DNA of 55,374 bases from NCBI GenBank assembly GCA_041600695.1, contig JBFIJP010000001.1, positions 1-55,374 of the forward strand, written 5' to 3'. The first letter of the stretch is position 1; each line of letters opens with the position of its first letter. The notes below the pieces were generated by a model. It did not search any database. It was not told where the DNA came from and was given only the letters and a program-made list of their open reading frames with translations. Below are positions 34,181-43,216 of the stretch, in pieces. Made by a program: the position numbers and the translations under genes. The DNA is from Thermoplasmatota archaeon (GTDB taxonomy: Archaea; Thermoplasmatota; E2; JACPAO01; JAHFTW01).

Positions 34181-35098
34181 TTAGCGACCAAGACCGGCTG
34201 GCGGCCCGGCGTGGGGCGGATCCGGGGCCGCATCGCCTGTCGCTTCGGGGGCCGCATCGGCGCCGGCGCCAGCCAAGGCAACGGCCGCCACGCCAGCCAG
34301 CACCAGGGCGACGCCGACCCACTGCACGGCCGACGGTTGCTCGGCGAACAGCAGGACCCCCCAGACCAGGGTCAGACACGGCTGGCCCAAGAGCAGGACG
34401 CTGGTCGTCAGCGCCGGCAGGCGCGGCAGGGCATGGGTGAGGGCGAGCCAGGAAAGGGAGTGGGACCCCAGCGCGAGTAGCAGGAGCCATCCGTGCGCGG
34501 GCCACGCCGGCTGCCACGAAAACCCGCTGTCCAGGGGAGCCAGGGCAAGCGCGCCGACGAAGGTGCCAATCGTCGCGTCCAGGATGGGGCCTGCGGCGGG
34601 GCCTCGTCGGCGGTTGCTGGCCCGCAGGAGCAAAAGGAAACCGGTGTAGGCGACCGCCGCGCCCGCGGCCAGGAGAGAACCAGCAACGGGGTCCGACCCG
34701 TACGCGCCTGCGCGGCCGAGGCCGCTCGTCAAGGCCACACCAAGAACAGCAGCCGGCACCCCCAGCAGGGCCACGCGGGGAGGCCGCTCCGCGTGCAGGA
34801 CCCACGCGGCGATCCCGACAAGGACGACCTGCAGGTTGGCGATGACCGTCGAGAGGCCTGCTCCGACAAATTCGATGCTGCGATGCCACAGGTTCAGGTC
34901 CACGGCGAGAAAGAGCCCGGCGGCAAACGCGATCCAGCGTTCCCGGGGAGCCCGCTGGTCGCGCCGTGCGACCCTGAGCCACAGCAGGAGGAGCAGAGGC
35001 AACGCGTAGGCTACCCGAAACAACGCGGACGTGCCGGGGCTGACGCCAGCCAGGCGCACGAAAATGGCGCTGAAGCTGATCCCGATTACTCCCGCCAT
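34181..35098 (-). CDS. EamA/DMT-superfamily transporter
   Basis: About 10 hydrophobic segments with a two-EamA-repeat layout. Start taken at the ATG at 35098 (MAGVIGISFSAIFVRLA); the upstream part of the track ORF is Gly-rich and unlikely to be coding. Confidence 0.7.
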   Translation of the reverse strand: MAGVIGISFSAIFVRLAGVSPGTSALFRVAYALPLLLLLWLRVARRDQRAPRERWIAFAAGLFLAVDLNLWHRSIEFVGAGLSTVIANLQVVLVGIAAWVLHAERPPRVALLGVPAAVLGVALTSGLGRAGAYGSDPVAGSLLAAGAAVAYTGFLLLLRASNRRRGPAAGPILDATIGTFVGALALAPLDSGFSWQPAWPAHGWLLLLALGSHSLSWLALTHALPRLPALTTSVLLLGQPCLTLVWGVLLFAEQPSAVQWVGVALVLAGVAAVALAGAGADAAPEATGDAAPDPPHAGPPAGLGR

Positions 35099-35305
35099 GG
35101 CCGAGGGACGGCTCACGGCGCTGCGACCTGCCCATGGTGGATAACCACTAGCACCCCCCCCCGGGCTCGCGGCCACGGACGGGCCCCCCGCGCCGACCCC
35201 ACCGACCCCACCGCCGACCCCACCGGCGCCTTCCTCCTGTGATGGGCCGCCACGGTCAAACCCGCGCTTCACAGCCTCTATGAACGGCGGCCCCGCTGGA
35301 GCGGT

Positions 35306-35629
35306 GTGTCCACTGCCTGGGCCTGCTACCTTCCCGTGCCCCTGCTGCGCACCCTCCTGGTTCTGGCCGCACCCCACGATCGGCTGCTGCGGTTCCATGC
35401 CTGGCAGGGCCGCGTCGTGGTCTGGGGCACCGTTGCCGCCATCTTCCTGTTCGGCCTGCTCGGCCTGCTGTCGGATGCCAAATGGTACCAGGCCAGCATT
35501 GGGCTGCCCGCCGGGCTGGCGCTCATTGCGTACGTCTACTACGCGGGCAAGGGCACGGCTGGCGCTGCGGCCGGGCGGTACACGCGGGTGGCCCCTGCCT
35601 ACGCGGTGCTCTCACTTGCCGGGCGATAG
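35306..35629 (+). CDS. Small membrane protein, possibly DUF4870-like
   Basis: 107 aa with a GTG start and 2-3 hydrophobic segments. YLPVPLLRTLLVLAAPHDRLLRFHAWQG resembles the DUF4870 N-terminus. The call is weak. Confidence 0.4.
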   Translation: MSTAWACYLPVPLLRTLLVLAAPHDRLLRFHAWQGRVVVWGTVAAIFLFGLLGLLSDAKWYQASIGLPAGLALIAYVYYAGKGTAGAAAGRYTRVAPAYAVLSLAGR

Positions 35630-35635
35630 GCTGGA

Positions 35636-36853
35636 TTAGAGGACGAGAACCCTCACGTCATACCCGGCGTCGGTCAACGCCTGCCTTGCCTGCTCGACAT
35701 GCTTGGGCCCCCGGGTTTCCACGTGCAACTCAACGAGGGTCCGGTGCATGGGGACCCCGGGCCGGCTGCGGTCGTGGTGAATATCCAATACATTGAGGCG
35801 TAGCCGGGCAAACAGGTTGAGCAGCGCTGCGATCTGGCCCGGCTTGTCAGGAATGGTAGTCTCAAGGACCGCGATGCGGCCTTCGTTGACGAGTCCGTTT
35901 TGCAGGATGCGGCCGAGCAGGGTCATGTCGATGTTGCCGCCGCTGATCACCGCGCAGACCTTCTTGCCCTTCAGCTCGACGCGGCCGAACATGGCTGCCG
36001 CCAGGGTGACGGCTCCCGCACCTTCAGAGACAACCTTGGTGCGCTCCAGAAGGAACAGGATGGCGGCGGCGATTTCGTTTTCGTCGACGCTGACCACTTC
36101 GTCCACGTATTCGCGGATCACCTCGAAGGTTTGGCTGCCCAGTTTCCGGCAGGCGATGCCGTCGGCCATGGTGTTGACTTCATCCAGGGGCACCACGACG
36201 CCCTTCTGGAGGCTGGGTGCCACGGTAGCAGCCCCGGCCGCCTGCACACCGATCACGCGGATGCCGGGACGGGTCTGCTTCAGGGCCGTGGCCACACCTG
36301 AGATGAGGCCGCCGCCCCCGATGGGCACCAGAACGGTGTCCACGTCGGGCAGGTCGGCCAGGATTTCCAGCCCAAGGGTGCCCTGGCCCGCCATGATGAG
36401 GGGGTCGTCGAAGGCGTGCACGAACACCTTGTCGTGCTCGTGACAGAACGCCTCGGCGGCTTCCTGGCTCTCCTGATAGTCGCGCCCCACCAGGTGGACG
36501 GTGGCGCCGTAGCCACGGGTTGCCTGGACCTTTGCCAGGGGGGCGTCTTCAGGCATGAAGATGTCCGACGCGGCGCCAACGCGGGTGGCTGCAAATGCGA
36601 CCCCCTGGGCGTGGTTGCCCGCCGACGCCGCGACCACGCCGCGCCGTCGTTCCTCGTCGCTGAGGGAGTGAATCTTGTTGAGGGCGCCCCGGACTTTGAA
36701 CGAACCCGTGCGCTGGAAGTTCTCCAGTTTCAGGTAGAACTCGGCGCCGGTCTTCTTGCTGAGCGTGGTGCTTCGCTTCAGCGGGGTGTCGAGGGCAGCG
36801 GGGCTGACCACCTCCCGGGCTGCGAGAATGTCGTCAAGGTCCAGGATGGCCAC
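35636..36853 (-). CDS. ilvA: Threonine ammonia-lyase (threonine dehydratase) with a single C-terminal ACT-like domain
   Basis: KLENFQRTGSFKVRGA (PLP Lys), SAGNHAQGVA and GGGGLISG. The C-terminal ~80 aa is regulatory-domain-like. GTG start. Confidence 0.9.
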   Translation of the reverse strand: MAILDLDDILAAREVVSPAALDTPLKRSTTLSKKTGAEFYLKLENFQRTGSFKVRGALNKIHSLSDEERRRGVVAASAGNHAQGVAFAATRVGAASDIFMPEDAPLAKVQATRGYGATVHLVGRDYQESQEAAEAFCHEHDKVFVHAFDDPLIMAGQGTLGLEILADLPDVDTVLVPIGGGGLISGVATALKQTRPGIRVIGVQAAGAATVAPSLQKGVVVPLDEVNTMADGIACRKLGSQTFEVIREYVDEVVSVDENEIAAAILFLLERTKVVSEGAGAVTLAAAMFGRVELKGKKVCAVISGGNIDMTLLGRILQNGLVNEGRIAVLETTIPDKPGQIAALLNLFARLRLNVLDIHHDRSRPGVPMHRTLVELHVETRGPKHVEQARQALTDAGYDVRVLVL

Positions 36854-36877
36854 GGCGGCGGACCCGGCCGCGGTGCG

Positions 36878-37810
36878 TTAAGACTTGCCTGATGCCCCGG
36901 CCAGCGCGGCCGCATTGGCCGCAGCCCGCCGGGCGACCGTTCGGGCCCGGTTGACAAGGCCGACGCCGCCCAGAATCAGGGCCGAGCCTGCCACGAACCA
37001 GGCCGTCACGCCCTCCCCGCGGAGCCACCAGCCGGCAAGCGTCGCCACGATGGGGACCAGGTAGATGTAGGCGGTCACTTCGGTGGCGGCCAGGTGGCGC
37101 AGGCTGATGTTCCATACCGCGTAGCCGATGGCCGTCGCGAAGACGGACAGGTAGACGAGCCACAGCCATTCCGTCGTGTTCAGGGATCGCAGCGGCTCGA
37201 TGCCTTGGCCGATGCCGTAGGGCAGGAACAGCAGCGTCCCCACACTCATGGTGAGTCCCGTGGTGACGAGGCCGCCGAAGCGGTCCACCAGGGGCTTGGC
37301 GACGACGGAATAGGACCCCCAGCAGATGGGTGCAATCAGGATGACGAGGACACGGCCGGCGAACGTAAACGTCTGGTCGCCCGATTTGCCAAGAAACGTC
37401 ACCACCGCGACGCCCGCAAAGGCCACGAAGAGCCCGATGGCGCGCTGTCGGTCAAAACGTTCCTGGCGGCTGCCGACGGCGGCCAGCAACGTCCAAAGCG
37501 GAGCCGTTGCAATCAGGATGGCGCCCGTGGCAGCGGTAACCTCGACGCCGTCGCGGGGTTGCAGGCCCCAGTACAGGGGCAGATGGTAGCCGACCACGCC
37601 CAGCAGGCCCAGCAGAAACACGCGGCCCCAGTCGCCGCCGCTCAGGCCGCGCAGCTGGGCGCGCCGCCAGATCAGCAGCCATGCGCCGTAGGCCAGCAGC
37701 AGCGGCACGTACCGGTACCACGTGACCTGGAACGGGTCAAGGGCGCCGTCGAGGAGCACCTTGATCGAGACGAAGGCGATGCCCCACGTCACGACCAACG
37801 CCAGCATCAT
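36878..37810 (-). CDS. EamA/DMT-superfamily transporter
   Basis: 310 aa from the ATG at 37810 with ~10 TM segments (alternative GTG starts at 37819 and 37835). The long N-terminal part of the track ORF is an antisense artefact of the gene at 37934. Confidence 0.7.
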   Translation of the reverse strand: MMLALVVTWGIAFVSIKVLLDGALDPFQVTWYRYVPLLLAYGAWLLIWRRAQLRGLSGGDWGRVFLLGLLGVVGYHLPLYWGLQPRDGVEVTAATGAILIATAPLWTLLAAVGSRQERFDRQRAIGLFVAFAGVAVVTFLGKSGDQTFTFAGRVLVILIAPICWGSYSVVAKPLVDRFGGLVTTGLTMSVGTLLFLPYGIGQGIEPLRSLNTTEWLWLVYLSVFATAIGYAVWNISLRHLAATEVTAYIYLVPIVATLAGWWLRGEGVTAWFVAGSALILGGVGLVNRARTVARRAAANAAALAGASGKS

Positions 37811-37933
37811 GCCGTGCACCCAGGACTTGCCCACGGACCGGCCGACTTGGGCCTCGGGGATGAACGTTGGCGTGCCGGGGGGCCGCACCTGGAGGCGACA
37901 AACGTTTTCAGGGGCCTCCACCACAGGCCACCC

Positions 37934-38545
37934 ATGAACGGATCGGGCCGCACGAGCCCATGGGTCCTGATCGGGATGGTGGCGGGCCTGCTGCTGTTGG
38001 GAACCGCTGCGGCCGTGCCCGAATCCGAGGCACCCCAGACCCGCCTCGCCGAGTCCGGCCTGGCCGATGTGGAACGGGTCTGGCACGAGCCCGAGCCGGT
38101 CCAGCCGGGCACGCAGTGGACGGGCCACATCCAGTTTCGGGCTGACCACAACGTGAGCGACGTGCTGTACCAGATCTGTCGCGTGGGAACGTATTGCTTC
38201 GCGCCGCCGACGCCGGCCGAGCGCGTCAACGACACCTACTGGCGTTTCGACACCAGCACCTACATCCAGCCGGGCAGCGGCAAACCGGTCCAGTACGAGG
38301 CAGCCTGGCGCGTCGGCTACCAGTTCCTCCTGGTGGAGGGGGACAACACGACGCTCTTCCCCCACGGCATTGAGCCGTCAGACCCCTCCTGTGAGGGCGG
38401 CGACGCGTGGATCGAGTGCGCCGAGACCCACTACTTCTCGTTCACCGTGGCAGGGACCCCCGCGGATCGTGGGGCCCCGGCCGTGGGCCCCATCGCGGCC
38501 CTCGCCTTGTTTGCCCTACTGGCCCTGGCGGCCCGCCGCCGTTGA
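37934..38545 (+). CDS. Secreted protein with an archaeosortase-type C-terminal anchor-like tail
   Basis: N-terminal signal/TM WVLIGMVAGLLLLGTAAAV. Contains 4 Cys and N-glycosylation sequons. The C-terminus GAPAVGPIAALALFALLALAARRR* has a hydrophobic helix and an Arg tail, but the PGF tripeptide is not conserved. Confidence 0.6.
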   Translation: MNGSGRTSPWVLIGMVAGLLLLGTAAAVPESEAPQTRLAESGLADVERVWHEPEPVQPGTQWTGHIQFRADHNVSDVLYQICRVGTYCFAPPTPAERVNDTYWRFDTSTYIQPGSGKPVQYEAAWRVGYQFLLVEGDNTTLFPHGIEPSDPSCEGGDAWIECAETHYFSFTVAGTPADRGAPAVGPIAALALFALLALAARRR

Positions 38546-38606
38546 ACCTGGCATCCCACCTGCGAAGCAAAGCCCCATCAACCGGGACGGCTCCAGGGGA
38601 ACCGGG

Positions 38607-39944
38607 ATGAGTGATGACTCAGGCCGGGGCGCCACAATGGGCCCCGGCGCGCCACAGAGCCCCGGCGGGCCAGCGGGCGCCACGCGGCGCCGCAGCAGGC
38701 TTCGCGCGGCCTCCTGGGGCCTGGTAGCCCTGCTGGTTGCTGCCGGCCTCGGTGTTGGCGCCTACGCGGCATGGAACTCGTTGCACAGCGAACAGACGGC
38801 GCCGGACTTCACGCTCACCTCGACCGGCTTCGAGAACGGAACCCAGGGCGCACCCGTCGTCTTCAACCTCACCGACTACCGCGGCCAGACCGTTCTTCTC
38901 GACTTCATGGGGGTCACGTGCTCGTCGTGCCGCATCCTCACGGACCAGGTGCTCTTCCCCCTGCACGAACGGTACGGCAACCGGACCGATTTCGTGATCG
39001 TTTCCGTCGACGTGTGGGCTGGCCGCTTCGGTGAGACCGAGGAAGAGTTGATCAAGCTCCAGCAGAGCGAAGGCACCCCGTGGCGCCACGCCTTGGACAC
39101 GGACAACGTGTTCACGAAGTACAAGACGTACGAACTGCCCAAGATCACCGTCATCGACCCGGCGGGCCGCATCGTGTTTGACGGCATCGGCATTCCACCC
39201 CTGGGCCGCGTCGACGCAGCCGTCCAGGAGAGCTTTGTGGGACAGGCGGAAGCTGTCCCCGTCCTCACCGTCGGCATCCTCGGCCTCGCCTTCATCGCAG
39301 GCGTGGCCAGCGTCTTCAGCCCGTGCAGCATCGGCCTGCTACCCGCCTACCTGGGATTCCTACTGCGCGACGACCCCGCCGAGGCCCGCCTGCGCCGGGA
39401 GCGCCGCGCCATTGCCGGCGGCCTCGCCACCACCGGCGGCATCGTCACCGTGTACGCTGCCATCGCCGTCCTGTTAGCGGTCTTTGGCTCAGCCCTGCGG
39501 CCCTACGTTCCCCTGCTTGCCCCCGTGGTGGCGGTGCTCCTCATCGTTCTCGGCATCCTCATGTTCGCCGGCTTCGACTGGAGCATCCTGACCCGCAGGA
39601 TCGGCGTCGGCCAAGCCGACGGCCGGCGGGGCTTCTTCGTCTTCGGCATCGGATATGGCACAGCCGCTTTCGGCTGCACCGGACCGGTGTTCGTCCCCAT
39701 CCTCCTCGCCGCGTTCCTTGAGGGCACCCTCACCGGCGTGGCCGCTTTTGCTCTCTACACGGTGGCCGTTGCGGCCGTCGTCATCACCGCCGCCATCCTC
39801 GTGGCGGCCGGCCGGCGGAGCGCGCTCAATGCCATCCAGGCGCGAACCGCGGTCATAAGCAAGATAAGTGCGGCCCTCCTCGTGGCGGCCGGCGCCTACC
39901 TCCTCTGGTTCTCCTGGACCAGCAACCGAGGCTTCCTCCTGTGA
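38607..39944 (+). CDS. Fusion of a TlpA/ResA-like thioredoxin domain and a CcdA/DsbD-type thiol-disulfide transmembrane transporter
   Basis: TM anchor, then APDFTL...LLDFMGVTCSSC (CxxC) thioredoxin fold. Next comes a 6-TM CcdA part with FSPCSIGLLPAY and FGCTGPVF. Confidence 0.8.
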   Translation: MSDDSGRGATMGPGAPQSPGGPAGATRRRSRLRAASWGLVALLVAAGLGVGAYAAWNSLHSEQTAPDFTLTSTGFENGTQGAPVVFNLTDYRGQTVLLDFMGVTCSSCRILTDQVLFPLHERYGNRTDFVIVSVDVWAGRFGETEEELIKLQQSEGTPWRHALDTDNVFTKYKTYELPKITVIDPAGRIVFDGIGIPPLGRVDAAVQESFVGQAEAVPVLTVGILGLAFIAGVASVFSPCSIGLLPAYLGFLLRDDPAEARLRRERRAIAGGLATTGGIVTVYAAIAVLLAVFGSALRPYVPLLAPVVAVLLIVLGILMFAGFDWSILTRRIGVGQADGRRGFFVFGIGYGTAAFGCTGPVFVPILLAAFLEGTLTGVAAFALYTVAVAAVVITAAILVAAGRRSALNAIQARTAVISKISAALLVAAGAYLLWFSWTSNRGFLL

Positions 39945-41299
39945 CCACCATGGACTCCGACGCCCCCACTCCACTGCCCGCCAGCGAACCCGAGGAAGGC
40001 CTGCCGCCCGCGGCCGAGCCCCCGGAGGCACCCGAACCCGAAACCGGCCTGATCGAACGTCTGCCGGGCTACACGGCCCCGGCGCTCCTGCTTGGCATCC
40101 CGCTGCTCATCTGGATCGGCACGCTCATCGCGCCCCGCCAGGTGTACGACAACTTCGTCTGGAAGTACTACTGGGGCCCCATCAAGGCCGACGGAATGAG
40201 TCGTCACAGCCTGGTCCACAACGGTGTCGAGGCCTTTGCCGGCTACAACCTGGTCAACACGCTCAGCTGGGTCGTCCTCATGGCGGTCTGTATCCTGGGC
40301 CTCTATCAGTTGCTGCGCCGGCTGGATGCCAAGATGAACCCAACGGCCATCTATGGCGCCACCGCCTGGGTGGTCGCCGGGGCCATTGCGCACGTCTTGC
40401 AGGACACCGACCTGATCCTGGCGCCCCTGGAATACATCTTCATCACGCCGCCGATCTACCTGCTCTACGCGGTCGGCGGCATTGTCAGCCTGCTGCTCGG
40501 ATACTACCTGAGCGGCATCGCCCAGACGGCGGGGCTGGAGCGGGCTTTCCAGAAACTCTGGTTGATCTTCTCCGCCGGAACGCTCGTCTGGCTGCTTCTC
40601 TGGCTTTACGAGTGGGAGACCGTCCGCTTCCTGATTCATCCGGTGATCGTCGCCGTCGTCGCCGTTGCCACGTTCTTCGGCATCCGCATGCGTGCCGAGC
40701 GCCGCGGCGGCATCGGCATGATGGATTTGCTGACGCCTCTGGCTCTGGCGTTCATCGCCTTCGACCTGATCTACGTCTGGACCTACATGGGCAGCCCCTG
40801 GCCCGGCAAGACGGCCGAGGATGGGCTGCGCACGATCCTGTTCACCGCACCTGCCATTGCCGGCGCCATGACGGGCATCATCTGGCTGCTGGCACGCCAG
40901 CGCTACAGTGTGACAGGCAGCGAGGTGGCGGCCGCTTTCAAGAATCCCGTCAACCTCTTGCTGATCTTCAGCCAGTCGCTTGACGGGGTCGGCACCGCCT
41001 TTGGCCTCGATCTGGCTGGATACGTGGAAAAGCACGTCCTCTCCGGGTATGTGATCGACCAGTTCCGTGCGTTCAGTGAGTCCATCGGCTGGGGCTTTGG
41101 CGCCACGTACCCCACATTCCTTGCGTTTGCCCCATTGAAGCTGCTAGTGAGCGTTCTGGTGGTGTACACGATTGACATCTACTCGAAGGAGGAGGTCAAG
41201 CTGTACCCCAACCTGATTGGGCTGGTGAAGTTCGCCATCATCATGGTGGGCATCGGGCCTGGGGTGCGCAACATCTTCCGCCTGTTCCTCGGCGTGTAG
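39941..41299 (+). CDS. Polytopic membrane protein, DUF63-like (archaeal family)
   Basis: 452 aa with an acidic/Pro-rich N-terminus and ~9 TM segments. SQSLDGVGTAFGLDLAGYVEKHVLSGY resembles the DUF63 core as I remember it. The GTG at 39941 overlaps the upstream stop (alternative ATG at 39950). Confidence 0.55.
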   Translation: MTTMDSDAPTPLPASEPEEGLPPAAEPPEAPEPETGLIERLPGYTAPALLLGIPLLIWIGTLIAPRQVYDNFVWKYYWGPIKADGMSRHSLVHNGVEAFAGYNLVNTLSWVVLMAVCILGLYQLLRRLDAKMNPTAIYGATAWVVAGAIAHVLQDTDLILAPLEYIFITPPIYLLYAVGGIVSLLLGYYLSGIAQTAGLERAFQKLWLIFSAGTLVWLLLWLYEWETVRFLIHPVIVAVVAVATFFGIRMRAERRGGIGMMDLLTPLALAFIAFDLIYVWTYMGSPWPGKTAEDGLRTILFTAPAIAGAMTGIIWLLARQRYSVTGSEVAAAFKNPVNLLLIFSQSLDGVGTAFGLDLAGYVEKHVLSGYVIDQFRAFSESIGWGFGATYPTFLAFAPLKLLVSVLVVYTIDIYSKEEVKLYPNLIGLVKFAIIMVGIGPGVRNIFRLFLGV

Positions 41300-41779
41300 A
41301 TGCAGGTTCAGCGCACCGGAACGCCGACCATCGAGGGATGGGGCTGGCTCCTGGGAGCGACAGCGTTCGCCACGATCATCCCCCCACTGCGCCTCGTGCT
41401 CCCCCTGGTGGCGCCAGGGGCCGGTGCGCTGGGGCCAACCACCGTTGCGGTCGGCGCCGCGGGGGCCCTGCTCGTGGCCTTCGTGGCCCATGGGCGATTC
41501 TGGGCCCAGCGGTACGAGGCGGCCCCCCATGTGGTGCTCTGGGTGGAGTTTGCCGTGCGCGCGGCGTTCGTGGCGGCCGGTGCGGGGGCGGTGGCGTTGG
41601 CCGGCGGGCACTGGGACCGATTTCTCCTCATCGGGGTCCCGTGGGCGGTCGTCAACTGGCGCGTGCACCAGGTCGTCGTGAAGGGATTGATCGGTTACAG
41701 GGCCGATGCGGCCATCGTCGCGTGGGGCCTCATGCTCGGCGGGCTGGCAGGAGCCGCCCTGCTGGCCATGACGATTTGA
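41300..41779 (+). CDS. Hypothetical 4-TM membrane protein
   Basis: The ATG directly follows the stop of the upstream gene. 159 aa, Ala/Gly/Val-rich with hydrophobic segments. Confidence 0.5.
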   Translation: MQVQRTGTPTIEGWGWLLGATAFATIIPPLRLVLPLVAPGAGALGPTTVAVGAAGALLVAFVAHGRFWAQRYEAAPHVVLWVEFAVRAAFVAAGAGAVALAGGHWDRFLLIGVPWAVVNWRVHQVVVKGLIGYRADAAIVAWGLMLGGLAGAALLAMTI

Positions 41780-42116
41780 GGTTTCACCAACGTCCCCAGA
41801 CCCAAACGTTAGCCATACCACACGAAGTGCACAGTTGGCGGCGCCGCCACCGGACGCCAGGGGCCCCCGGTGCCTTGGCCTTCCCTTGAGGGCAAGCTTC
41901 AGCCGGTGGCGGCGTCGTTGCTTGTCTGCCGCCGTAGCCGGATGGATGGAGGAGAATCGCTCAGCGTACCGCGCACGAGGGGGCGGCCCGGGGGGCGCCA
42001 CGCCACGCTGCATTGGAACCATTTGGGTGGTCCGCGGTGGCCCGCCCGGACCAATGCTGCGGCATGCAGCCGAACGCTGGCGCGGCGTTATAAGAAGGAG
42101 GCGGGCTTCTTCCCGC

Positions 42117-43127
42117 ATGAATCGGTTACTCGCCGCCACCCTAGTTCTCTGCATCGTGCCCGGCTGCACGGAAGGCCCGGAGCGGGCGCTTCCCCTGACG
42201 AGTCAAGTCGAGGATGCGGCCTGGCACTGGCACCCCGACGCCGCTCTGGTGGGACTTATTGGCCACGAATGGCCAGCAGGCCCGGAAGCGCCGAGCTTCG
42301 CTCGCGGGTTGCGCGACGAATCCCCCCTCGACGGCGAGCCCGCCGCGTGGACCTTCCGCTTCTGGGCGCCTGATTCCGGCAACCATGACATCATCACCGA
42401 CGCCCGCACGGGGGAGATCCTGTACGATGGCGCCGCCCTGGACGACTGGCATTGGAACGAAACCGTCGCGGCCGCACAACTTTCGGTTCGGCAAGCGGTC
42501 CAGGTCATCCGTGCAAACGACGCACGCCTGGGGGCCCTCACCCCCGACGCCCGGCTTTCTGACTACTACCTGTACGCGTCGCCCATTGGTCTGGTGTGGT
42601 TGGTCGTTACCTGGGTCGACGATGAGCCAGTCAGCTTTGCCGTCATGGACGACGGCGGGGCGTACCTGGGCTCGTCAATGGACCCGAGCTTTCCACTGGA
42701 TTTCGTCAGGGCCCAAACCCAGAACGACAATGGCATTTCCAGCAGCGTCGCGCTGCTTGGCGAAAGCCAACTGACCTACGGTTTCGAATTGACGGACGCC
42801 CGGCATCCGCAGCTGAAGGTCGACGTGCACGCAGGTTTCGACGACGTGGGACCAGCCCAAGCCGGCCTCGGCGGGCTGGCCGACCTTAACCTCAGCCTCA
42901 GCGGGCCGGATGGCACTCGCCTGCAAGCATCGGTCAGGGCGCAGCCCGTGATGATGTGGCATGAGGGGCTGGTCGTGCTCGACCCGGTCCCCGGAAACTG
43001 GACGCTTACGGTGAGATTGGACGGGGAGGGCCACGCTGCCCACGAAGTCTATTGGTGTGCCCAAGGAACCAGCGCCCGGACCCCCGTGAGCGGCGGTTTC
43101 TCCTTTTGCTCGATCACATACTTTTGA
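42117..43127 (+). CDS. Lipoprotein of unknown function (paralogue of 46034-47074)
   Basis: Signal plus lipobox LVLCIVPGC. The C-terminal PGNWTLTVRLDGEGHAAHEVYWCAQG matches VGTWTVQVALTEGLAQGYEVLWCAPG in the other copy. Confidence 0.65.
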   Translation: MNRLLAATLVLCIVPGCTEGPERALPLTSQVEDAAWHWHPDAALVGLIGHEWPAGPEAPSFARGLRDESPLDGEPAAWTFRFWAPDSGNHDIITDARTGEILYDGAALDDWHWNETVAAAQLSVRQAVQVIRANDARLGALTPDARLSDYYLYASPIGLVWLVVTWVDDEPVSFAVMDDGGAYLGSSMDPSFPLDFVRAQTQNDNGISSSVALLGESQLTYGFELTDARHPQLKVDVHAGFDDVGPAQAGLGGLADLNLSLSGPDGTRLQASVRAQPVMMWHEGLVVLDPVPGNWTLTVRLDGEGHAAHEVYWCAQGTSARTPVSGGFSFCSITYF

Positions 43128-43216
43128 TCCCTTTGTACCGCTGCGATGCGTACCGCGGTCGCCTTGGTTGGGCAAGCGCCGGAACACCGCTCCTGCGCTG
43201 GCGCTGCCGTGCTTTC

